Shown piece by piece: positions 27,986-44,111 of a stretch of DNA of 64,000 nt. The translations under genes were made by a program, and so were the position numbers. The notes under the pieces were generated by a model, which did not search any database, was not told where the DNA came from, and saw nothing but the letters and a program-made list of their open reading frames with translations. Position 1 is the first letter of the stretch; every line of letters starts with the position of its first letter. Origin of the DNA: the human T2T-CHM13v2.0 reference genome, Homo sapiens; NCBI RefSeq assembly GCF_009914755.1, contig NC_060947.1. The stretch is one strand, 5' to 3'.

Positions 27986-30900
27986 GAAATAAGTAAGTTC
28001 TTTGAAACAAATGAGAACAATGACACAACGTACCAGAATTGCTGGGACACAGCTAAAGCAGTGTTTAGAGTGAAATTTATAGCACTAAATGCCCACATGA
28101 GAAAGCGGGAAAGATCTAAAATCAACACCCTAACATGACAATTAAAAGAACTAAAGAAGCAAGAGCAAACAAATTCAAAAGCTAGCAGAAGACAAGAAAT
28201 AATTAAGATCAGAGCAGAACTGAAGGAGATAGAGACAGGAAAAATGCTTCAAAAAAAAAATCAATGAATCCAGGAGCTGGATTTTTAAAAGATTAACAAA
28301 ATAGATAGATGACTAGCCACACTAATAAAGAAGAAAAGAGAGAAGAATTAAATAGACACAATAAAAAATGATAAAGGGGATATCACCACTGATTCCACAG
28401 AAATACAAACTACCATCAGAGAATACTATAAACAACTCTATGCAAATAAACCAGAAAATCTAGAAGAAATGGATAAAATCCTGGACACATGCACCCTCCC
28501 AAGACTAAACCAGGAAGAAGTTGAATCCCTGAATAGACCAATAACAAGTTCTGAAATTGAGGCAGGAATTAATAGCCTACCAACCAAAAAAAGTCCAGGA
28601 CCAGACAGATTCACAGCTGAATTCTACCCGAGGTACAAAGAGGAACTGGTACCACTGCTTCTAAAACTATTCCAAACAATGGAAAAAAAGGGACTCCTCT
28701 CTAACTCATCTTATGTGGTTGGCAATATCCTGATAACAAAACCTGGCAGAGACACAACAAAAAAAGAAAATTTCAGGCCAATATCCCTGATGAACAAGGA
28801 TGCGAAAATCCTCCATAAAATACTGGCAAACTGAATCCAGCAGCACATTAAAAAACTTATCCACCACAATCAAGTTGGCTTCACCCCTGGGATGCAAGGC
28901 TGGTTCAATATACGCAAATCAGTAAATGTAATCCATCACACAAACAGAACCAATGAAAAAAACCACATGATTATCTCAATAGATGCAGAAAACACCTTCG
29001 ATAAAATTCAACACCCCTTCATGCCAAAAGCTCTCAATAAACTAGGTATTGATGGAACGCATCTCAAAATAATAAGAACTATTTATGACAAACCCACAGC
29101 CAATATCATACTAAATGGGCAAAAACTGGAAGCATTCCCTTTGAAAACTGGCACAAGGACATGGATGCCCTCTTTCACCACTCCTATTCAACATAGTATT
29201 GCAAGTTCTGGCCAGGGCAATCAGGCAAGAGAAAGAAACAAAGGGTATTCAAATAGGAAGAGAGGTAGTCAAATTGTCTCTGTTTGCAAATGACATGACT
29301 GTATCTTTAGAAAACCCCATGGTCTCAGCCCAAAAACTCCTTAAGCTGATAAGCAACTTCAGCAAAGTCACAGGATACAAAATGGAAGTGCAAAAATCAC
29401 AACCATTCCTGTGCAATCATTCAATGTGCAAAAATCACAAGCATTCTTATACACCAATAACAGACAAACAGAGAGCGAAATCATGAGTGAACTCCCATTC
29501 ACAATTGCTACAAAGGGAATAAAATACCTAGGAATACAACTTACAAGGGATGTGAAGGACCTCTTCAAGAAGAACTACAAACCACTGCTCAAGGAAATAA
29601 GAGAGGACACAAACAAATGGAGAAATATTCCATGCTCATGGATAGGAAGAATCAATATCGTGAAAATGGCTATACTGCCCAAAGTAATTGATAGATTCAA
29701 TGCTATTCCCATCAAGTTACCACTGACTTTCTTCACAGAATTCAAAAGAACTACTTTAAATTTCATATGGAACCAAAAAAGAGCCCATATAGCCAAGAGA
29801 ATCCTAAAGAAAAAGAAAAAAGCTGGAGGCATCACACCACCTGACTTCAAACTATACTACAAGGCTATGGTAACCAAAACAGCATGATACTGGTACCAAA
29901 ACAGATATATAGACCAATGGAACAGAACAGGGGCCTCAGAAGTAACACCACACATCTACAACCATCTGATCTTTGACAAACCTGACAAAAACAAGCAATA
30001 GGGAAAGGATTCCCTATTTAACAAATGGTGTTGGAAAAACTGGCTAGCCATAAGCAGAAAACTGAAACTGGACCACCTCCTTACACCTTATACAAAAATT
30101 AACTCAAAATGGATTAAAGACTTAAACATAAGACCTAAAACCATGAAATCCCTACAAGAAAACCTAGGCAATACCATTCAGGACATAGGCATGGGCAAAG
30201 ACTTCATGACTAAAACACCAAAAGCAAAGGCAACAAAAGCCAAAATTGACAAATGGGATCTAATTAAACTAAAGAGCTTCTACACTGCAAAATAAACTAT
30301 CAGTGAACAGGCAACCTAAAGAACAGAAGAAAATTTTTGCAATCTATCCATCTGACAAAGGGCTAATATCCAGAATCTACAAGGAACTTAATCAAATTTA
30401 CAAGAAAAAAACCAAATAACCCCATCAAAAAGTGAGCGAAGGATATGAAAAGACACTTTTCAAACGAAGACATTTATGCAGCCAATAAACATCTGAAAAA
30501 AAGCTCATCATCACTGCTCATTAGAGAAATGCAAATCAAAACCACAATGAGATACCATCCCACGCCAGTTAGAATGGCGATCATTAAAAAGTCAGGAAAG
30601 AACAGATGCTGGAGAGGATGTAGAGAAACTGGAATGCTTTTACACTGTTGGTGGGAGTGTAAATTAGTTCAACCATTGTGGAAGATAGTGTGGCAATTCC
30701 TCAAGGATCTATAACTAGAAATACCATTTAACCCAGCAATCCCATTACTGAGTATATACCCAAAGGATTATAAATCATGCTACTATAAAGACACATGCAC
30801 ACGTATGTTTATTGCAGCACTATTCACAATAGCAAAGACTTGGAACCAACCCAATTGCCCACCAATGATACACTGGATAAACAAAATGTAGCACATACAC

Positions 30901-31255
30901 ACCATGGAATACTATGCAGCCACAAAAAAGGATGAGTTAATGTCCTTTGCAGGGACATGGATGAAGCTGGAAACCATCATTCTCAGCAAACTAACACAGG
31001 AACAGAAAACCAAGCACCGCATGTTCTCACCCTTAAGTGGGAGTTGAACAATGAGAACATACGGGCACGGGGAGGGGAACATCTCACACCGGGGCCCATT
31101 TGGGGTTGGGGAGCAAGGGAAGAGATAGCATTAGCAGAAATATCTAATGTAGATGACGGGTTGATGGATGCAGCAAATCACCACGGCACATGTATACCTA
31201 TGTAACAAACCTGCACGTTCTGCACGTGTATCCCAGAACTTAAAGTATAATAAAT
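27986..31255 (+). mobile_element. 5'-truncated L1PA (about L1PA7), antisense to ABCB7
   Basis: Long ORF2 RT-region fragments (28469-29887) broken by stops and frameshifts. The L1PA 3'UTR ends cccagaacttaaagtataataa, followed by (TA)n. Confidence 0.95.
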
Positions 31256-31499
31256 ATATATAATATATATATATATATTTTGACTACCTTCCCACCATCA
31301 TCCACCCACAAGGAAACCCTTTCACTATTAGTTTACCCCTAAAGATGCTTAGTCCAGAACAGTATAGAGGGTTCGCTGAAGGCCAGGGTAGTTAGTATTT
31401 TACCACTTTTCGTATTTTTGTTTTGATTTTGGCTTGCTAAGGTATTTTTACATTATACAACAATGCAAATTAGTAACAGCTATCACATAATCATTTTTA

Positions 31500-31740
31500 G
31501 TAATGAACAACAGTGGCTACCACTCACTGAGCACTTATTATTTGGCTATTCTAATGCCCAATACTACATTATCTCATTTCATTCTCACTGCAACCCTACA
31601 AGGTAGCTAATACTATTATTATTTTCCCATTTTACAGATTAGAAACTGAGGCTTAGAGAGGCTTATTTGTTCAAGTTCATACAGCCTGTAAGTGGTGGAA
31701 TGGAGATTACCCATTCCTAACACTACAGTACTGACAATAT
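31500..31740 (-). mobile_element. MIR SINE
   Basis: cccattttacagattagaaactgaggcttagagagg. Confidence 0.8.
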
Positions 31741-31899
31741 TAGCAATGTCACTGAATCTAGGGAATTTACTAATTGTCATATTACTGACTGATAACCTTG
31801 AAATGTCTAGGTTAACTTTTCTGTTGCTATTAAGGCATACAGGATTTTGTTTGTTTCTTGGTCCAAGAATCAATGTAATTCTGATTTTAAAAATACAGG

Positions 31900-33085
31900 A
31901 GTGATATCACCAAAAATGACAAGAGTATGGGGCTATAAAAATTCATCCCTCCACTAAGGCAACAATTTAGCTAGCAAAAACTGTCAGATCTCAATCAACT
32001 TTTCCAGAACTCTGGAATCTAATGAAAAACTAACAACAACCAGGGGAGTGTATAATGAAAAAAGAAGTTGCTAAATAAGTATCAGAAGAGAGTGTTATGA
32101 CATTTGTGCTCACTCACATACCATCCTTCCATTCCCCAATGGGGATGGCAGCTTGCATTCTTGGTATAGCTTGCTGGTACCAGAGAAGGAAATATGGACT
32201 TGTTTTTGAAGAATTATGGTTATACTTTTTGACTTGTCTGGCAGCTCCCTGAAGGACTGGCTCAGGGGCTTATCTTGTACCTATCAGAACACTCTTGGGG
32301 CTGAAGTGGCTTTCCATAGGGTCCTCTGTTGAAAGCATATAAAGGCATATGCCTGGGTCAAGGGATAACAGATGGGCAAGCAACAAAAAGAGTTAAACTT
32401 AGCCTAGGAAGAAAGACCCTGGGAAAAGAGATACAAGGGAGAATCAGTACCTTGAAAAGAGAATGGAAATATTAGGTATGAAAAGTAATAATATAAATAA
32501 AGCAACACAAAAGTGTACATATTAACAACTATTTACTGAAGCAAAGGAAAAGAAAAAATCAAAATGGAGATAAAAATATTTACAAAAATAAAGAGATTCA
32601 TTGTACAAAAATTAAAGATAAAATATTTCATACTGAAAGAGTCCACAGAGTGCCAAGAGAATAAGAAAAAACTACCTCCTAGACATATTGACAGTAAAAT
32701 TTAAAAACATGTAAGTAAAATAATATATTCTAAATGAATCTCAAAAAAAACAAATAACTAAGAGTCACATAGACAAATGGGGACATAGAAAAAATAGAAA
32801 AGTTATTTTAAAAATTACAAATAACATGAAGTAAAAAGAAATCAGATGGACATCAGACTTCTTAAGAGTAATACTAGATGCAAAAAGAAAATGGAGTAGG
32901 ATTTTCAAAGCATTGAAAGGAAAGAATGTTGAGCCTAGAGTTTTATATCCAACTTAATTGTGTTTCAAACATGATGGCATTCTTGGCACAGGTTTACATG
33001 GGTCTGTTCGGTTTGTAAAAAAATCATCAAGCTGTATACTTATATGTGCATTTCCTGCATATATACTTTAATAAATGGTTTAAAA
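31900..33085 (+). mobile_element. Ancient L1 (L1M) 5'/ORF1-like fragments
   Basis: A-rich degenerate sequence with ORF1-like motifs (catcagacttctt...gatgcaaaaagaaaatggag). Confidence 0.5.
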
Positions 33086-33329
33086 AGCATATGATGGGGG
33101 AGATGGCAGGGCAGTGGACGTATATATAATTTTTTTAACTTCCCAAATTCTCACACTAACAACAGAATAACCAACAACAGAACCCGTGAACAACATTTAC
33201 AACAAAATTAGGCTGAAACAAATCCCCTTCAGTCTCAAAGTGCAAACACATAGAAAGACTACACACAGACCGCCATTTTTGCTGCTGCTACAGCTCCCAC
33301 CCCAATGCCCTCAAGCTCAGGAGAGAGCA

Positions 33330-36300
33330 AAGAGCTTAAGGACTATTATGAACCTCCAGCATAGCATAGCTGCCTTATGTAAAAGTGGCCAGTCTGTTCT
33401 CCACACAGGTCCCTGCCCCTACTACTCCTCACTGGGTAGGGCCCTCTGACCTGGGCCCACAGCACAACCACCCTGACACCACCTGAGCAGCTCTGCATCT
33501 CTCTGAGGAAGAAATCCCAGAGTCAACCCATATCCCTTCTGCCATTACAGCTACAGTAGTACCACCCTTACTGCTTTTGAGCTGGAGAAGGAAAAAAGAG
33601 CCTGGTCACTTCACTGATACCTCCGTGACACTGCAGTCACCATACAGAGGAGCCCAATTTCTCTTCCCTGTGAGTCCCCACCCCTCCTCTTCACCAGGCA
33701 GGGCCCCGGGCTTGGGGCTGCGCGTAGCTTCCCCACACTTGGCTGAACATTCCCATTGTTAGTGGCTCTGTGTTTCTCTGGGGTGGAGTTTATCAGTGGC
33801 CACTGACAGCCCCTCAGCCTCTGCCACTGCTACTACAGTACTACCGGCCTTGCTGCCCTCGGACTGGGGAAGGAACAAAGATCCTGAGTGCTTCACTCAC
33901 ACGTCCAGCATGCCACAGCTCTCCTATGAAGAAGAGGCCACAATGACTTCTCTGTGAGCCTCTGACCTCCTCTGCCCAGCACCAGGCAGGGAACTCTGGC
34001 TTGGGCCCGCAACACAGCCACTCCACATTAGGCTGATCGTTCTGACTGACAGCAGCTCTGCATTTGCCTGGGGCAGAGCCCCAAGGAACAAGCGAAAGGC
34101 CCTCTGCCATTGTCACTGCCAAGGTCGCCAACCCTGTTGACTCCAGCTGAAGAGGGAACAAAAAGCCTGAGCTCACCCCAGACTTGTGGAGCACAGCTCA
34201 GGAGTGCCAAACCAAGATCTACAGCCAGCACTCCAGTGGGAGAGGAGCCCACACTCTCAAAGCACTGAGAGGGAGCATGGCTGTAAATGCAAGGAAATAC
34301 AGAGGAACTGCACAGCTGAGCAAAAGCCTACCTACCAGCCATTATACTTTAAGTATCATCTGGATTAAAGTCCAAACTTCAACACCAAAAATACCTTGCT
34401 AAAATACTCTGCTATGAAACCAAGAACAAGAATTCAGCCACGAATAAAGACCCTGCGGCAAGCCTCAGCCCTTTGAAAACGTCCAGAAACAAAGTCAATT
34501 ACACCACAGTTAAAGGAACATCAGCCCACACAGATGAGAAAGAACCAGCACAACAACTCTGGCAACTCTAAAGGCCAGAGTTATCTCCTTACCTCCTAAC
34601 TACCACACTAGCTCCCTAGCAATGGTTCTTAACCAGGAGGAAATGGCTGAAATTACAGACATAGAATTCAGAATTGGGACCACGATGAAGATCACCTAGA
34701 TTCAGGAAAACGTTGAAACCCATTCTGAGGAATCCCAGGTATACAATAAAATGATTTAAGAGATGAAAGACAAAATAGCCATGTTAAGAAAGAACCAAAA
34801 TGAGCTAAATAGCTGAAAAATTCTCTACAAGATTTCGAAACACAAGGGGGAGTATTAACAGCAGAATGAATCAAGCTGAGGAAAGAATCTCAAAGCTCAA
34901 AAACAGGTTCTTCAAATTAACTCAGTTACACAAAAATAAGAAATAATTTTTTCATGAACAAAATCTGGGAGAAATATGGTATTAAGTAAACAGACCAAAT
35001 CTATGACTAATTGACATCCCTGAAAGACAGGGAGAGAAAGCAACTTAGAAAATATATTTGAGGATACTGTATGCAAAAATCTCCCCAACCTCACGAGAGG
35101 CTGACATACAAGTTCAGGAAATTCTGCGAGAATTCCTGTCAGTGTGAGATACAGTACAAAACAACCATCCTCAAGACACATAGTCATCAGATCCCCCAAG
35201 GTCGAAATGAAATAAAACATATTAAAGCAGCTAGAGAGATGGGGCAGGTCATCTACAAAGGGAACTCCATTAGGCTAACAGTGGACATTTCAGCAGAAAC
35301 CCTAAAAGCCAGAAGAGACTGTGGAACTATATTCAGCATCTTTAAAGAAAAGAAATTCTAGCCAATAATTTAATATCCAGCCAAACTAAGCTTCGTAAGC
35401 AAAGGAGAAACAAAATCCTTTTCAGACAAGCAAATGTTAAGGGAATTCATTACCACCAGGCCTGCCTTAACAAGAGGCCCTTAAAGGAGTGCTAAACACG
35501 GAAACAAAAGACCATTACCAAAAACCACAAAACACACTCAAATACATAGACCATCAACACTATAAAGCAAATACATAATCAAGCCTACATAAAAATCAGC
35601 TAACAACACGATGACAGGATCAAATATGCACCTTAATTAATATTCACCTTAAATGTAAATGAGTTAAATGCTACACTTATAAGGCAAACAGTGGCAAGTT
35701 GCATAAAGAAACAAGACCAAACTGTATGCCATCTTCAGTGGACTCATGTCACATTCAAGGACACCCACAGGCTCAAAGTAAAGGGATGGAGAAAGATGAA
35801 GTAAACAAAAAACGAAAAGAGCAGGGCTTGCCATTCTTATTTCAGACAAAACTGACTTTAAACCAACAACAATCAAAAAGGACAAAGAAGGGCATTACAT
35901 AATGATAGAGGGTTCAATTCAACAAGATATAACCATCCTAAATATATATGCACCTGACACTAGAGCACCCAGATTAATAAAAGAAGTTCCTAGAGACTTA
36001 CAAAGAGATGTAGATAACCACACAATAATAGTGGGATGCTTCAACACCCCACTGGCAGTATTGGGCAGACTATTGAGGCAGAATACTAACGAAGATATTC
36101 GGGACTTAACCTCGCACTTGATCAAATAGACCTAACAGCCATCTACAGAACACTCCATGCAAGAACAATAGAATATACATTCTTCTCATGTGCATATGGC
36201 ACATACTCTAAAATAGACCATATGCTTTACCATAAAGCAATTCTCAACAAATTCAAAAAAGCTGAAATTGTACCAACCACACTCTCAGACCACAGAAAAA

Positions 36301-39300
36301 TAAAAATAAAAATCAATGCTAAGAAAATCACTCAATACTATAAAAGTACATGGAAATTAAACAATCTGCTCCTGAATGACTTCTTGGTAAATAATGAAAT
36401 TAAGGCAGAAATCAGGAAATTCTTTTAAACTAATGCAAATAAAGATACAACATACCAGAATCTCTGAGACACAACTAACGCAGTGTTATGATGAAAACTT
36501 AGAGTGCTAAATGCCCACATCAAAAAGTTAGAAATATCTCAAGTTAACAACCTAACATCACATCTAAAGGAACCAGAAAAACAAGAGCAAACTAACATCA
36601 ATGCTAGCAGAAGAGAAATAACCAAAATCGAGCTAAACTGAATAAAATGGAGATGAGAAAACTCATACCAAAGATCAACAAAAACAAAAGATGGTTCTTC
36701 AAAAGAATAAATAAGATTGATGGACCACTATCTAGACTAATAAAGAAAAAAGGGAGAAGATCCAAATAAACACAATCAGAAATGACAAAGGGGACATTAC
36801 TGTCGACCCCGCAGATATTAAAAAAAAAAAACCCTCAGAGACTATTACAGACACCTCTATGCACACGAACTAGAAAACCCAGAAGACATGGATAAATTCC
36901 TAGAAACATACAACCTCCCAAGATTGAACCAGTAAGTAATTGAAGCCCTAAACAGATAAATGAGTTCCAAAACTGACACAGTAATAAAAAGCCTACCAAC
37001 CAGGAAAAGCCCTGGAACAGACAGATTCACAGCCAAATTCTACCAGATGTATAAAGAAGAGCTGGTACCAATCCCATTCAAACAATTCAAAAAATAGAAG
37101 AGGAGCAACTGGTCCCTAACACATTCTATGAGGCCAGCACCAATCTGATACCAAAACCTGGCAGAGATACAACAACAACAAAAAAGAAAACTTCAGGCCA
37201 ATATCCCCGACCAACATAGATTTAAAAATCATCAATGAAATACTAGCAAACCAAATCCAGCAGCACAACAAAAAGCTAATCCACCATGACCAAGCAGGCT
37301 TTATCCCTGAGATGTAAGTTTGGTTCAACATATAAAAATCAATAAATGTGATTCATCACCAGAAACAGAACTAAAAAGAAAAACCACATGATCATCTCAA
37401 TAAACACACAAAAGAATTTTGACAGAGTTCAACATCCCTTCATGTTAAAAAACCATCAACAAACTAGGCATTGAAGGAAAATATCTCAAAGTAATGAGAG
37501 CCATCTAAGACAAACCCACAGCCAACAGCATACTGAGTTGGCAAAACCTGGAAACATACCTCTTGAGAACCAGAACAAGATGAAGATGTCACTCTCACCA
37601 GTCCTACTCAACATAGTCCTGGATTTTCTAGCCAGAGCAATCAGGCAAGAGAAAAAAAAAAGGCATCCAAATAGGAAGAGAGGAAATCAATTTATCTCTC
37701 TTCACAGATGATATGATACTATCATATCATCTAGATATCACCTAGAAAACCTCATAGTCCTTGTTCAAAGACTCCTATATGTGATAAACAATTTCAGCAA
37801 AGTTTCAGGATACAAAATCAATGTACAAAAATCAGCAGCATTTATACACACTAATGATGTCCAAGCTGAGAGTCAAATCAAGAATAGAATCCCATTCACA
37901 ATAGCAACAAAAAGAATATAATGCCTAAGAATACAGCTAACTAGGGATGTGAAAGGTCTCTACAATGAGGATTTCAACACTGCTAAAAGAAATCAGAGAT
38001 GGCACAAACAAATGGAAAAATATCCCATGCTCATGGATATGAAGAATCAAAATTGTTAAAATCGCCATACTGCCCAAAGCAATTTAGATTCAATGCTATT
38101 CCTATTCAAACTACCAACGTTTTTCAAAGAATCTGAAAAAAACATTCTAAAATTAATTCGGAACCAAAAAGTAGCTCAAATAGCCAAAACAATCCTAAGC
38201 AAAAGCAAAAACAGAAACAAAAACAAAACAACAACAACAACAACAAAAAAGCTGGAGGCATGGAGGCATCACAATACTTGACTTCAAACTATACTACAAG
38301 GCTATAGTAACTAAAAAAGCATGGTACTGGTATAAAAACAGACAGACTGACCATTGGAACAGGTTAGAGGACCCAGAAATAAAGCTGCACACCAACAGCC
38401 ATCTGATGTTCAACAAAGCCAACAGTAACAAGCAATGGGGAAAGGATTTTCTATTCAATAAATGCTGCTGGGGTAACTGGCCAGCCATATGCAGAAGATG
38501 AAAATGGGCCCCTATCTTTAACCATTGACAAATATAAATTCAACATCAATTAAAGACTTAAACGTAAAACCCAAAACTATAAACTCTGGAAGACAACCTA
38601 GGAAATACCATCTGGATATGGGACCTGGCAAAGACTTCAGGAGGAAGACACCAAAAGCAATTTTAACAAAAACAAAAATTGACAAATGGGACCTAATTAC
38701 ACTAAAGAGCTGCTGTACAGCAAAAGAAACAACCAACTGAGTAAACAGACAACCTACAGAATGGGGGGTAATATTTGCAAACTATGTATCCGACAAAGGT
38801 CTAATATCCAGTATCTATAAGGAACATAAACCAACAAGCATAAACCAACCAACCCCATTAAAAATGCGCAAAGGACATGAACAGACACTTCTCAAATGAA
38901 AACAAACACATGGCTAACAAGCATATTAACGAATACTCAACATCATTTATCATTAGAGAAATGCAAATCAAACCCACAATGAGATACCATCTCATACCAG
39001 TTGGGATGGCTATTACTAAAAAGTCAAAAAATGACAGATGTTAGCAAGGTTTTGGAGAAAAAGGACCATTTATATACAGTAGGTGGGAATGTAAATTAGT
39101 TCAGCCATTGTGGAAAGCATTCTGGAGATTTCTCAAAGAACTTAAAACAGAATTACCATTCGATCCAGCAATCTCATTACTGGGTATACACCCAAAGGAA
39201 TATAAATCCTTCTACCATAAAGACACATGCCTGCATATGTTTGTGGCAGCACTATTCACAATAGCAAAGATATGTAATCAACCTAGATGCCCATCAATGG

Positions 39301-39700
39301 TGGACTGAATAAAGAAAATGTGGTACATACACACTATGGAATACCACATAGCCATAAAAAAATGATATCATGTCCTTTGCAGCAACATGGAGCTGGAGGC
39401 CATTATCCTAAGCTAACAGACGTAAAGAGAAAACCAAATATTGCATATTCTCATTTCTAAGTGAGAGCTGAACATTGAGTACACATGGACACTCAGAAGG
39501 GAACAATAGACACCAGAGCCTATTTGAGGGTAGACAATGGGAGGAGGGAGAGCATGGAACAACTATGTATTGGGTATTATGCTAATTACCTGGGTGACAA
39601 AATTATCTTTACACTAATCCCCTATGGCATGCAGTTTATCCATGTAACAAACCTGCTCATGTATCCCTTGAACCTAAAAGTTGGAAAGAAAAAAATAAAA
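33330..39700 (+). mobile_element. Near full-length decayed L1 (L1PA15/16-like)
   Basis: GC-rich 5'UTR, ORF1 start ATGAGAAAGAACCAG at 34534, ORF2 start ATGACAGGATCAAAT at 35611, EN/RT peptide fragments, and a 3'UTR ending aacctaaaagttggaaagaaaaaaa. Confidence 0.92.
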
Positions 39701-39875
39701 ACATCTTCTAAATGTTTGCTTACACACACACAAAAAATGCTCAATACCATTAGTCATTAGGAGAATGCAAATCAAAACCACAATAAAACATCACTTCGCA
39801 TCCACCAGTATAACTAAAATTTAAAAAGATAGATGTTAACAAGTGTTGACAAGGATGTGGAGAAATTGCAACCCT

Positions 39876-39877
<2 letters not shown>

Positions 39878-39908
<31 letters not shown>
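39878..39908. repeat. (CA)n microsatellite
   Basis: Direct reading. Confidence 0.9.
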
Positions 39909-39911
<3 letters not shown>

Positions 39912-40269
39912 TTCCAACAGAAGAAAAAAAGTATGTATTATGAAGCTGTTAGGTACATATTTATGTGTGTATACACACATGCATATTTATACATATACGT
40001 ATGTACACACACACATACAAAATCAAGCCTGGCAACTGTATTGTTCAATCTGTATTTAATGGGTTTTGTTTTAGTTTTGACTGCTTTAAAATTTTTTTCT
40101 TTTTAATTAACTCCCAATAAAAGCTCTTCATAAAGATTTTCCCAAACCAGATACTAATATTGGAGGGAATGAAGAAACACCTTCTATATCACTTCACAGA
40201 TATTAACAAGTAACTTGACATACAGAATAGCTTTTTAACTGGGATTCCTTTTTCATACATCTTTTACAA

Positions 40270-40790
<521 letters not shown>

Positions 40791-41933
40791 ATACCACTGA
40801 TTAATCTTCCTAAAACAGTTCAAACCCTTATTCCCTCTGCTCAAAATTATCTAATAGCTCCCTAATAACTCCAAACACCCTTGGAATGGTATTTAAGTTC
40901 TATGTTGATCTGACACCAATTGACCTTTTCAGTCATATCTCTCCCATCTCTATTTCATGAACACTTTATTCGAACTGATGTATTCACTAACCTTCAAACA
41001 CACTTTGCACATTTGCTGACATGAGTTATCTTGCCTAGAATGTCTTCTCCCTTCTTCTTTCTCTAATCATCTCTCAAGATGTCAGTCAAAATTTACCACC
41101 TTCCTAAATCCTTTCCACATCACTCTCTTCTCCAAGCCTGAAGTAACTCTCTCATCTGAGAGTAGTACCTGTTTACAAAACTCACTGGTCAATCATGTAA
41201 TCTCTTATATGGTTCTGAACTGTTCTTGAAGTCTTCTTTATTTTTATTTAGGTTTAAACTCACATTACATTTTATTGAATTATTCTATATACTCAATGAA
41301 GGCAGGTCACATGTCTTTGGATTCTTTATATCTGCCATGCCAAACTTCATAATGCTTCTCAGAGAAATGCTCATATAAACATTGATTTAACTTAATTCCT
41401 TTCCTCCTCAAATGATTCTCATAGATGTTATCTAGGCAGATTTCTACATATAAGCTTTTAATCTGTAAGTGTATAATCATACAGGCTAGTACAAAAGTTC
41501 TGCGTATTTTAATGCATTGTGAAGATGCCCTTAGTTTATAGAAAATATAATATGGATTAGACTGTCACAATATCAACTGTACATACACATATTAGCAATC
41601 AATTTGTATAGAATGTTTAAGACACATATGACCAAAGCTACAAAACTTTACCAAAGTACATAAAAGAAAATTTAAATGGAGAAAAATACTAGATTATATA
41701 ATATGATGATATTGATGCTCCCCAAATTAATAGATTTAATGAAATCCAATAGAAATCTCTACAGGATTTTTAAAGGAGATCTTGACAAAACTATTTTAAT
41801 AGCTCCTCTGGAAGAATAAACTAGTGAGACAAGCCAAGAAAATTTTGGAGACGAGGAGTAATGTAAGTGTGTTGGGAAGGAGAAACTTATTCTATCAGAT
41901 ATTACATTATATTGTAAAATAAATGGTGTGTGA

Positions 41934-42055
41934 AGCTGAGTGTGGTAGTGCATGCCTGTAGTTCAACTACTGGGGAGGCTGAGGCAGGAGGATACTTTGA
42001 GTTCAGGGGTTCAAGTCCATCGTGGGCAATACAGTGAAACCCTGTTTCTAATAAA
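41934..42055 (+). mobile_element. Alu monomer (FLAM-like) within an old L1M fragment
   Basis: gcatgcctgtagttcaactactggggaggctgaggcaggagg. Confidence 0.75.
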
Positions 42056-43770
42056 GGAAACAGTGTGGTACTGACATATGGATAGGGAAATTAATGAGAT
42101 CAAGTACCAAATATTGAAACAAATCCAAATATAAAGTTACTGTTTGACAAATTCTTCATATTAAAATCAGTATGGGAAAAAAGAGATCTTTACTTAATAC
42201 CATACACTAAAATAAACCATTAATGGGGTAACAATTAAATATGATAAAATTAAACCTTAAAACAATGAAAAGAAGTGATATGACCATTTATCTACTCCCA
42301 GGATAAGAATGGATTTTCCATCTGGAAGGTCTCTGCTCTCCTTTATAGACAACCAGGATAAAAGGCTAGGACAGGATTGGGAGTGAAGGTTTCCTCCCAC
42401 CTTCACTTTCTGACCTTGTTCTGATATGCTCTTTAATTTAAAGGCAGGATGTGAAAAGGACATGAAAAGACACTCAGAGTCAAAAATAAAATTAGAAGAG
42501 AATACAAACCAAGACCAAATGTTTCTCTCATCCTTTTATACCACCAAATCTCTCTATTCTTCTTAATTTTACCCATGAGAGTTGTGGAATGAAGTAGAAG
42601 TTCTATCACCAGGACATAATCTCATAAGGTTAAAAACAAAGACAAAAACCCTTAACTCTCATGTCTTCGGGATGAAAGTGGAGCACATGAGAGATGAGCT
42701 AAAGTCACCTCTTGTCAATATGTTGGCATTTTTTAATTTCATTTTTCTCTAAAAAAGATATCAATTCAGCATCTTTTAATGCTAAACCAAGCTTTGGAGA
42801 CAGAAAGCAGCTCAGGTTCTGGCAGCTGCTTCGCTGAGAAACTTAAAGGCCACAGCAAAGAATAGACAATAATTGGGCTCAAACTACATATTTACTGTAA
42901 CGTATTTCAGCATCACAAAAATGAAAGTTGGGTTCATTGTAGAAAATTTGGAAAATATAGAGAAGATGACAGAACATAACAGTCACCCATTATCCTACCA
43001 TCCAGAGATAAACAATGTTTTTATATTTGGGTGTGCTTCTTTTTAAATCGCTGTTTCTTGCTTATGTTTTTTTTTAATATAATCATTTGGCCTACTGAAT
43101 TTTTTAGACTGCTTTTTACACTGAATATTAGATCATATGCATTTTCCCCATCATTAAATATTGTTGAAAAACATCAGTTCCAAGATTGGTGAACTGATGG
43201 CTGAACCATAATTTATTTAACCAATCCCAGTGTCAGATACAAAAGCTGTTTTCAACTTTGAGCACTACAAATAACACAGTAAAGAGTATCTGTATATTAA
43301 CTTATAAACATTTGTGCACTTTCCTGATTGTTTCCTTAAGACAGTTTCTTAGAAGTAGAATTGTTGGGTCAAAGAGGGTGAAATTTTTTTTAAGGTTTTT
43401 GATTCATTCTGACAAACCGCCCTCCAGAAAGGGGGCTGATTTCAGGGCCAGTGCAGGGAAAATATAAGATGAACCTGGAGCATTGTGTGATGCCAGAAAG
43501 TAAAGAAATGCTTGTAAAAAGATGAGGGCATGTCCAAACGAAACAGGAGCCAACCTAAAAGGATCTCCCAATAGCCCAAACCTGGAAAAACAGAGCAACA
43601 AAATATATAATTAATGTAATGGATTTTAACTCATAGAATATAATTAACATCTGTGGGTCCATCCTGGTATAAATAAATTAATGATTAAATGAGAGAGAAG
43701 GGACATCTCTTCCTTACAGAAAAATTCCAATTAACAAATGTAGAAGGAATGAGGGAAACAGAAAAACAGA

Positions 43771-44111
43771 CAGTTGTCCCACAGTATCTGTGGGAGACTG
43801 GTTCCAGGAACCCCTATAGATACCACAATCCACAGATACTTAAGGCCCTTATATAAAATGGTGTAGTATTTATGTATAACTTATGCACATCCTCCTGTAT
43901 ACCTTAAATCATCTCTATATTACTTGTAGTACCTAATACAATGTAAATGCTATATAAATAGTTGTTATACTGTATTGTTTTAGAAATAATGACAAGGGAA
44001 AAAAGTCTGTAAATATTCAGTAGATGCTACCATCATTTTTTCTCCAAATATTTTAACCTGCAGTTGATTGAATCCACAGATGCGGAACCCATGGATATGG
44101 AGGGCCAACTG
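43771..44111. mobile_element. MER2 (TcMar-Tigger) DNA transposon fossil
   Basis: Terminal inverted ends cagttg...caactg followed by TA, and typical core acctaatacaatgtaaatgctat. Confidence 0.85.

Noticed and set aside
28469-29887. Reverse-transcriptase-like ORFs (also at 46593-48343 and 35611-39300)
   Set aside because: Fragments of decayed L1 ORF2 with stops and frameshifts; not an intact or domesticated RT.
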